From: Rhodobacterales bacterium
GTDB taxonomy: Bacteria > Pseudomonadota > Alphaproteobacteria > Rhodobacterales > Rhodobacteraceae
DNA: 32,735 nt
NCBI GenBank assembly: GCA_043720555.1
Contig: JAYSSN010000248.1
Span: forward strand, 1 to 32,735
Reading direction: 5' to 3'
Below are positions 27,391 through 32,735 of the stretch, in pieces. Numbering within the stretch: the stretch's first letter is position 1; each line of letters begins with the position of its first letter. A model generated the notes under the pieces. The model had not been told where the DNA came from. It made no database searches and saw nothing but the letters and a program-made list of their open reading frames with translations. A program made the translations under genes and the position numbers.

Positions 27391-27430
27391 GATTTTTCTG
27401 CGAAAAATCCGGAATTTTCGCAGAAAATTC
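27391..27430. promoter_or_regulatory. 40-bp AT-rich near-perfect palindrome (candidate dimeric-regulator operator)
   Basis: gatttttctgcgaaaaatcc|ggaattttcgcagaaaattc. 18 of 20 positions are self-complementary, with a perfect 13-nt core TTTTCTGCGAAAA / TTTTCGCAGAAAA. Lies 92 nt upstream of the 27522 start. Confidence 0.4.
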
Positions 27431-27521
27431 GCCTGCGACGCCACCGTGTTTTGCAGCGCCGCAAACAGGCATTGCGCTGCTTGCAACCTGCCCTACAACA
27501 GCGCGGAATGAGGAGCCTGCC

Positions 27522-29552
27522 ATGACCGACGACGCACTCGTGATCTTCACCCCTTCCGGCAAACGCGGCCGCTTTGCGCATGGCACCCCCGTGCTGACCG
27601 CAGCGCGCCAGCTGGGCGTCGATCTTGACAGCGTCTGTGGCGGGCGTGGCATCTGTTCACGCTGCCAGATCACGCCCGGCTACGGTGAATTTGCCAAACA
27701 CGGCGTGACCGTCGCCGATACCGCACTGTCCGGCTGGAACACGGTTGAAGAACGCTACAAATCCATCCGCGGGCTGATCGACGGTCGCCGTCTGGGCTGT
27801 CAGGCCAGGGTTATGGGCGATGTTGTCATCGACGTGCCCCCGGAAAGCCAGGTCCACAAGCAGGTCATCCGCAAGTCCGCCACACAGCGCGACATCGTGA
27901 TGGATCCCGCCACCCGCGCCCTTTATGTCGAGGTAGCCGAGCCTGACATGCACGAACCTACCGGCGATTTTGAACGCCTGGCCATTGCCCTGCGCGATCA
28001 ATGGCAGATTGCGGATGTGACTGCCGACCTCGCCCTGATGCGCCGTCTGCAACCCGCCCTGCGCCGCGGCGAATGGAAAGTCACCGTCGCCCTGCACAAG
28101 GGCAACCATGACGCGCAGCACCGCATTCTTGATATCTGGCCCGGCTTTCACGAAGGCGCGCTGTACGGCCTTGCGATCGACCTCGGCTCCACCACCATCG
28201 CCGCCCACCTGTGCGATCTGCGCGATGGCACGGTCCTCGCCTCATCCGGCCTGATGAACCCGCAAATCCGCTTCGGCGAAGATTTGATGAGCCGCGTCAG
28301 CTATGCCATGATGAACCCCGGCGGTGATGTCGAGATGACCCGCGCCGTGCGCGAGGCGATCAACGGGCTCGCCGCCTCGATTGCCGTTGAGGCCAGCATC
28401 GACCCGAAGGCGATCTACGAGGTGGTGTTCGTCTGCAACCCCGTCATGCACCACCTGCTGCTGGGCATTGATCCCGTGGAACTCGGCCAGGCTCCGTTTG
28501 CGCTCGCCACCTCCGGCTCGCTGTCGCTCGACGCCCGCGATCTGGAGCTGTCCAACCTCAACCATGCCGCCCGCGTCTATATACTGCCCTGCATCGCAGG
28601 CCATGTCGGGGCCGATTGTGCCGCCGTCGCCTTGTCCGAAGAGCCCGGCAAATCCGATGACATGGTGCTGATCGTCGATGTCGGCACCAATGCCGAGCTG
28701 CTGCTGGGCAACAAGACCCGCGTGCTCGCCTGTTCATCCCCGACCGGCCCCGCATTCGAGGGCGCGCAGATCAGTTCCGGCCAACGGGCCGCCCCCGGTG
28801 CGATTGAACGGGTCGAAATCGACCCGGTCACCAAGGAACCCCGCTTCCGCGTCATCGGCTCTGATCTGTGGTCCACCGACGCGGGCTTTGCCGATGTCGT
28901 CAAAACCACCGGGGTCAGCGGCATCTGCGGATCGGGCATCATCGAGGCTGTCGCCGAGATGCGCCTGGCTGGTCTGGTCGATCCCGGCGGCCTGATAGGC
29001 TCACCCGATCAGACGGGCACGCCGCGCTGCGAACCGCACGGCCGCACTCACAGCTATGTCCTGCATGACGGCACCACCGAAGGCGGGCCGAAGATCATGG
29101 TCACCCAAGGCGACATCCGCGCCATCCAGTTGGCCAAATCCGCGCTTTATGCCGGCGCACGTCTGCTGATGGACGAAATGGGCATCGACAGCGTGGAACG
29201 CATCACCCTCGCCGGGGCGTTTGGTGCACATATCAGCCCGAAACACGCGATGGTTCTGGGCATGATCCCGGATGCGCATCTGTCAAAGGTCACTTCCGCC
29301 GGCAATGCCGCCGGCACGGGCGCGCGCATTGCGCTGTGCAACGTCGCCTCACGCGATGCGATCGAGGAAACCGTCCACCATATCCACAAGGTTGAAACCG
29401 CCATCGAACCGCGGTTCCAGGAGCATTTCGTCAACGCCAATGCCATCCCGCATGCGGTGGACCCGTTCCCCGAACTGATGAAGATCGTCACCCTGCCCCA
29501 CGTCAGCTTCAACCTGCAGGGCGGCGATCGCGGGCGCCGTCGGCGGGGGTGA
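27522..29552 (+). CDS. 2Fe-2S ferredoxin-ASKHA fusion, RACo/RamA-like corrinoid reductive activase
   Basis: 676 aa. N-terminal plant-type ferredoxin cysteines (CGGRGICSRCQ ... LGCQA). ASKHA phosphate motifs IDLGSTTIAAHL and IVDVGTNAEL. The architecture matches DUF4445-type corrinoid activation proteins. Confidence 0.85.
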   Translation: MTDDALVIFTPSGKRGRFAHGTPVLTAARQLGVDLDSVCGGRGICSRCQITPGYGEFAKHGVTVADTALSGWNTVEERYKSIRGLIDGRRLGCQARVMGDVVIDVPPESQVHKQVIRKSATQRDIVMDPATRALYVEVAEPDMHEPTGDFERLAIALRDQWQIADVTADLALMRRLQPALRRGEWKVTVALHKGNHDAQHRILDIWPGFHEGALYGLAIDLGSTTIAAHLCDLRDGTVLASSGLMNPQIRFGEDLMSRVSYAMMNPGGDVEMTRAVREAINGLAASIAVEASIDPKAIYEVVFVCNPVMHHLLLGIDPVELGQAPFALATSGSLSLDARDLELSNLNHAARVYILPCIAGHVGADCAAVALSEEPGKSDDMVLIVDVGTNAELLLGNKTRVLACSSPTGPAFEGAQISSGQRAAPGAIERVEIDPVTKEPRFRVIGSDLWSTDAGFADVVKTTGVSGICGSGIIEAVAEMRLAGLVDPGGLIGSPDQTGTPRCEPHGRTHSYVLHDGTTEGGPKIMVTQGDIRAIQLAKSALYAGARLLMDEMGIDSVERITLAGAFGAHISPKHAMVLGMIPDAHLSKVTSAGNAAGTGARIALCNVASRDAIEETVHHIHKVETAIEPRFQEHFVNANAIPHAVDPFPELMKIVTLPHVSFNLQGGDRGRRRRG

Positions 29553-29583
29553 CAACCGGTAAAGCCGAGGCTAGGGTGCGCAT

Positions 29584-30120
29584 ATGAATGATACCGTTGC
29601 AGATTTATTGACCCGCATCGCCGCGCAAGACCGCGCGGCCTTCCGTGACATCTATCATGCGACGTCAGCGAAACTAATGGGAGTCCTGCTGCGTATCCTT
29701 GTTAACCGCGCTGAATCGGAGGATGCGTTGCAAGAGGTTTACACACGGGTATGGCTGCGGGCGGGCCGCTTTGATGCGACGAAAGGCCGTGGCATGACAT
29801 GGTTGATCGCCATCGCACGCAACCTGGCCATCGACCGCCTGCGCACCCGCCGTGAGGTGACCGCCGAGGAAGGCCAGGCCGAGGCGCTGGTCGATCGCAG
29901 CCCCAATGCCGAAGGTCAGGCGATTGCCCTGGGCGAGGCCCGGCGCGTGTCCGATTGCTTTGCCACGCTTGAACCCGACCGCGCCGAGGCCGTCCGCAAG
30001 GCGTACCTTGACGGGCAGTCCTATCAGGACCTCGCCGATCGCTTTGCCGTGCCGCTCAACACCATGCGCACCTGGCTGCGCCGCAGCCTGCTGCGACTGC
30101 GGGAGTGTTTGGAGACATGA
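29584..30120 (+). CDS. ECF-type RNA polymerase sigma factor (SigK-like)
   Basis: 178 aa. Region 2 (SEDALQEVYTRVW, WLIAIARNLAIDRLR) and region 4 (SYQDLADRFAVPLNTMRTWLRRSL). Paired with an RskA-type anti-sigma. Confidence 0.9.
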   Translation: MNDTVADLLTRIAAQDRAAFRDIYHATSAKLMGVLLRILVNRAESEDALQEVYTRVWLRAGRFDATKGRGMTWLIAIARNLAIDRLRTRREVTAEEGQAEALVDRSPNAEGQAIALGEARRVSDCFATLEPDRAEAVRKAYLDGQSYQDLADRFAVPLNTMRTWLRRSLLRLRECLET

Positions 30121-30770
30121 TCGACGCACCCCTCACCCCGATGGAAGAAGACGACAGCTTTGCTGCGGAGTATGTGCTGGGCGTGCTCGACATGGCCGAC
30201 CGTGCCCGCGCCGAAGATCGCATCCGACGTGACCCGGCCTTCGCGGCAGCGGTTGCTGCATGGGAAGACCGCCTGTCCGGCCTGAATGACGCCTTTGCCG
30301 AAGTGCCCGCCCCCGACCTGCTGGCCAAGATCGAGGCGCGCCTGTTTGCACAGGCTGCCAAACCGCGGCGGCCGTGGCTTGGCTGGCTGGCCGGCGCCGC
30401 GACGGCAGCCGCGATCATCGTGGCGGCTCTGGTTCTGGTTCCCGGTCCGACCGGCCCTGCACTCGTGGCGACGCTGGCAGCCGAAGGCCAGCCGCTCGTG
30501 ATCGCGGCCAGCTATGCCAACGGCGTACTGCAAGTGGACCAATCCGCAGGCCCGGCCGCCGCGGCGGGCAGTGTGTATGAACTGTGGCTGATCGACGGGA
30601 CCAATGCCCCGGTGTCGCTGGGCCTGATCGATGCCGCAACCGTCACCCGTCCGGTGGCGAACATACCTGAGGGTGCGGTGCTTGCCATCAGCCTCGAACC
30701 CGCAGGCGGTTCCACCACCGGGGCCCCGACCGGCCCGGTTCTGGTGACCGGGGTCGTGCAGAAGACCTGA
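30117..30770 (+). CDS. Anti-sigma factor, RskA (anti-sigma-K) family
   Basis: The ATG at 30117 overlaps the sigma stop (ATGA). N-terminal zinc-less anti-sigma helix region, one transmembrane segment (WLAGAATAAAIIVAALVLV), and a C-terminal RskA-like domain (VYELWLI..., ISLEPAGGS). Confidence 0.8.
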   Translation: MIDAPLTPMEEDDSFAAEYVLGVLDMADRARAEDRIRRDPAFAAAVAAWEDRLSGLNDAFAEVPAPDLLAKIEARLFAQAAKPRRPWLGWLAGAATAAAIIVAALVLVPGPTGPALVATLAAEGQPLVIAASYANGVLQVDQSAGPAAAAGSVYELWLIDGTNAPVSLGLIDAATVTRPVANIPEGAVLAISLEPAGGSTTGAPTGPVLVTGVVQKT

Positions 30771-30962
30771 TCGCGCGGCACCATGCCCGCGCGGTCAGAT
30801 CCGGTGCCTGGTGTTGACACCGACCCCGGGACCGATTTTTATCATCATGATTTTATTCAAAAGAACCCCGGGATTTTCAGCCCGGGATGTCTGCCCCGGC
30901 GACGCACTCGCGCCACGAACACCAGCTTTGACGCCAATCTGAAAAGTTTTTCCGCCACTTCT

Positions 30963-30989
30963 GAAACTCTCTGCAACCGGCCGCGTAAC
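30963..30989 (+). promoter_or_regulatory. Candidate ECF-type promoter upstream of the fasciclin gene
   Basis: GAAAC-N16-CGTAAC, compared with the generic ECF pattern GGAAC-N16/17-CGTT. Lies about 50 nt upstream of the ATG at 31038. Pattern match only. Confidence 0.25.
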
Positions 30990-31037
30990 TTGGGATGTGA
31001 GACGGGACAGGCCCGCCACCTTCACAGGAGACGCGAC

Positions 31038-31583
31038 ATGAAATTCCTTACCTACACCGCTTCGATCCTTGCTCTGTCGACCACGCTGGCTTTTGCCGAA
31101 AACCCGATGGTTGGCGGTGCTGCCATGTTTGAAGACAAGAACATCGTCGAAAACGCCGTGAACTCGGCTGACCACACGACGCTTGTGGCTGCTGTGACGG
31201 CGGCTGGCCTTGCCGAAACGCTGATGGGCGAAGGCCCGTTCACCGTGTTCGCTCCGACCAACGACGCCTTCGCCAAACTGCCCGCTGGCACCGTTGACAC
31301 GCTGCTACTGCCGGAAAACAAGGACATGCTGGTCAAGATCCTGACCTGCCACGTCGTCGGCAAGGCCGTTCTGGCCGAAGCACTGCAGGGCATGATTGCT
31401 GATGACGGCGGCAAGCATCCCGTCCCCACCCTTGGCGGCTGCACCCTGCAGGCAACCTATGAAGGTGACATGATGAAACTCACGGACGAGGCGGGCAACG
31501 TGGCCACCGTGACCATCGCCGACGTCAAGCAATCGAACGGCGTGATCCACGTCATCGACACCGTGATGCTGCCGGCAAGCTGA
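31038..31583 (+). CDS. Fasciclin (FAS1) domain secreted protein
   Basis: AGGAG lies 8 nt upstream. Signal peptide MKFLTYTASILALSTTLAFA. FAS1 H1 motif TVFAPTNDAF and H2 motif NGVIHVIDTVMLP. Confidence 0.85.
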   Translation: MKFLTYTASILALSTTLAFAENPMVGGAAMFEDKNIVENAVNSADHTTLVAAVTAAGLAETLMGEGPFTVFAPTNDAFAKLPAGTVDTLLLPENKDMLVKILTCHVVGKAVLAEALQGMIADDGGKHPVPTLGGCTLQATYEGDMMKLTDEAGNVATVTIADVKQSNGVIHVIDTVMLPAS

Positions 31584-31679
31584 TTTTCCCGGTTGGATGA
31601 CGCGGAGGGTGGACGGTCACACCCATCCTTCGCGACATTCTGCCTGCCCCGGCAAACCTGTCCCCTCGCCGGGGCAGAA

Positions 31680-31716
31680 GGGCCCTCCTTCACCGGGGGG
31701 CCCTGTTTTCGTTTTG
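31680..31716 (+). terminator. Probable intrinsic terminator after the fasciclin gene
   Basis: gggccc-(12 nt loop)-gggccc followed by tgttttcgttttg. Preceded by two further hairpins. Confidence 0.55.
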
Positions 31717-31780
31717 CTTGCCCGAACTGGCGGTCGCGGCTAACCTTTCTGGATTGATGCGTTCCAATTTGGAGATCCCG

Positions 31781-32735
31781 ATGACCATGTTTTTGCGTGT
31801 GATATGTGCTGCCCTTGCCTTGCTCAACCCTCTTGCCGCGCAGTCCGAAGGCCGTTCCATCATTGTGCTGGATGCATCCGGCTCCATGTGGGGCCAGATC
31901 GATGGCCGCGCGAAACTGGAAATCGCGCGCGAGGCGCTGGCCGAAGTGCTGCAAGGTCTGCCCGCCGATACCGAAATGGGCCTGATGGCCTATGGCCACC
32001 GCAGTGCGGGCGATTGCGCCGACATCGAACTGGTCGTGCCCCCTGCGGCCGGGACCGGACCCGCGATCGCCGCCGCCGCGCAATCCATGACGTTCCTGGG
32101 AAAAACCCCACTGACCGAGGCCGTCCGCCAGGCCGCGCTGGAACTGCGCAGCAGCGAAGAAAAGGCCACGGTGATCCTGATTACCGATGGCATCGAAACC
32201 TGCAGCGCGGACCCCTGCGCCCTTGGCACCGAACTGGAAGCAACCGGCGTCGATTTCACAGCCCACGTCGTAGGCTTTGGCCTGACGGCCGAGCAAGGCG
32301 CTACCGTGGCCTGCCTCGCCGACAATACCGGGGGCGTCTACATTCAGGCGCAGGATGCAGGCACGCTGATGCAGGCGCTGCAAACCACAGTCGTGCTGGC
32401 CGAACCTGAACCCGTGCCAGCACCCGAACCACAGCCCGCACCCGAACCGGAACCCGCCATGCTGGACATGAACTTTGCTCCGCAAATGGTGATGAACGAT
32501 GGTGGTGAGGTCGTCACAGATGGCGGGCAGACCTGGGAAATCTATCAGATCAACACCGATGGTCAGCGTGGTGAACGTGTCACCACCGAATACGGCCCCA
32601 CCAGAATTTTCGTCGAACCCGGCACCTACCGCATCGTCGCGCTGATGGGGCTGGCCACTGCCGGGCAGGACGTCACGATCACCGCCGGGGCCATCGCTGC
32701 ACCGACACTGGTGCTGAATGCAGGCACGCTGGCGG
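31781..32735 (+). CDS. von Willebrand factor type A (vWA) domain exported protein, 3-prime partial (runs off the window)
   Basis: Absent from the ORF track because no stop codon is reached. My own translation is open from ATG 31781 (GGAGA upstream) to the window end. It reads MTMFLRVICAALALLNPLAAQ (signal peptide), MIDAS motif VLDASGSMWG, LITDGIETC, a PEPxP-rich linker (EPEPVPAPEPQPAPEPEP), then a further domain. Confidence 0.8.
   Translation, partial: MTMFLRVICAALALLNPLAAQSEGRSIIVLDASGSMWGQIDGRAKLEIAREALAEVLQGLPADTEMGLMAYGHRSAGDCADIELVVPPAAGTGPAIAAAAQSMTFLGKTPLTEAVRQAALELRSSEEKATVILITDGIETCSADPCALGTELEATGVDFTAHVVGFGLTAEQGATVACLADNTGGVYIQAQDAGTLMQALQTTVVLAEPEPVPAPEPQPAPEPEPAMLDMNFAPQMVMNDGGEVVTDGGQTWEIYQINTDGQRGERVTTEYGPTRIFVEPGTYRIVALMGLATAGQDVTITAGAIAAPTLVLNAGTLA

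Noticed and set aside
29470-29583. An autoregulatory ECF promoter upstream of the sigma gene. The shared caaccgg string at about 29555 also occurs in the fasciclin upstream region at about 30974.
   Set aside because: Only a 7-nt shared string. No convincing -35/-10 pair at proper spacing. The region is still inside or directly after the activase coding sequence, so the evidence is insufficient.
31457-32485. 342-aa minus-strand ORF, plus the 31804..32409 plus-strand ORF, in the last kilobase.
   Set aside because: Both overlap the open frame starting at 31781. That frame has a signal peptide, a MIDAS DxSxS motif and an SD. The competing ORFs are Gly/Arg/His-rich with no motifs and are typical shadow ORFs.
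1-32735. Type I secretion genes (ABC, MFP, TolC), a mobile element, or a genomic island boundary next to tRNA-Gln that might explain the two RTX genes.
   Set aside because: No transporter, integrase, transposase or direct repeat of the tRNA 3-prime end was found. Flanking genes are housekeeping (aroKB, xerD, rlmE), and composition looks uniform apart from short AT-rich intergenic patches.

Overview
This is a visibly GC-rich, gene-dense chromosomal segment. Protein families, frequent ATGA start/stop overlaps and gene order look alphaproteobacterial, probably Rhodobacterales-like; that placement is inference, since no search was possible. I support about 28 protein-coding genes and one tRNA-Gln(TTG). 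I found no rRNA, CRISPR array, transposase, integrase (other than housekeeping xerD) or prophage signature.

Gene content, left to right:
- HI0933/YhiN-type flavoprotein, tRNA-Gln and a small lipoprotein.
- A 1806-aa RTX (hemolysin-type Ca-binding) protein built from roughly 1 kb super-repeats.
- An MBL-fold (lactonase-like) hydrolase.
- aroK-aroB.
- A tiny membrane protein overlapping a 518-aa exported protein of unknown function, then xerD.
- A CAP/SCP-domain RTX protein.
- A HerA-like (DUF853) ATPase.
- An IalB-family protein.
- A same-strand block of L,D-transpeptidase, LpxD paralogue, dedicated ACP and KAS.
- A divergent DUF882/MepK-like peptidase.
- ppx-rlmE.
- A methyl-THF/corrinoid cluster: 'virulence factor' domain protein, MetF-like, pterin-binding methyltransferase, cupin, small unknown protein and a RACo/RamA-like 2Fe-2S ASKHA activase.
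- An ECF sigma with an RskA-type anti-sigma, followed by a fasciclin protein and a vWA protein that runs off the window end.

Most worth a second look:
1. The ACP-KAS-LpxD-paralogue cassette, a possible dedicated route to an unusual (for example 3-oxo) N-acyl chain.
2. The stand-alone methyl-THF:corrinoid module, which has two unknown inserted genes and a 40-bp AT-rich palindrome.
3. A structured, doubly terminated element in the divergent 16.0-16.4 kb intergenic region (candidate sRNA).
4. The SigK/RskA-like pair with fasciclin and vWA genes.
5. Two orphan RTX proteins with no type I secretion genes nearby.

None of these is proven novel. All functional calls rest on motif recognition by eye.
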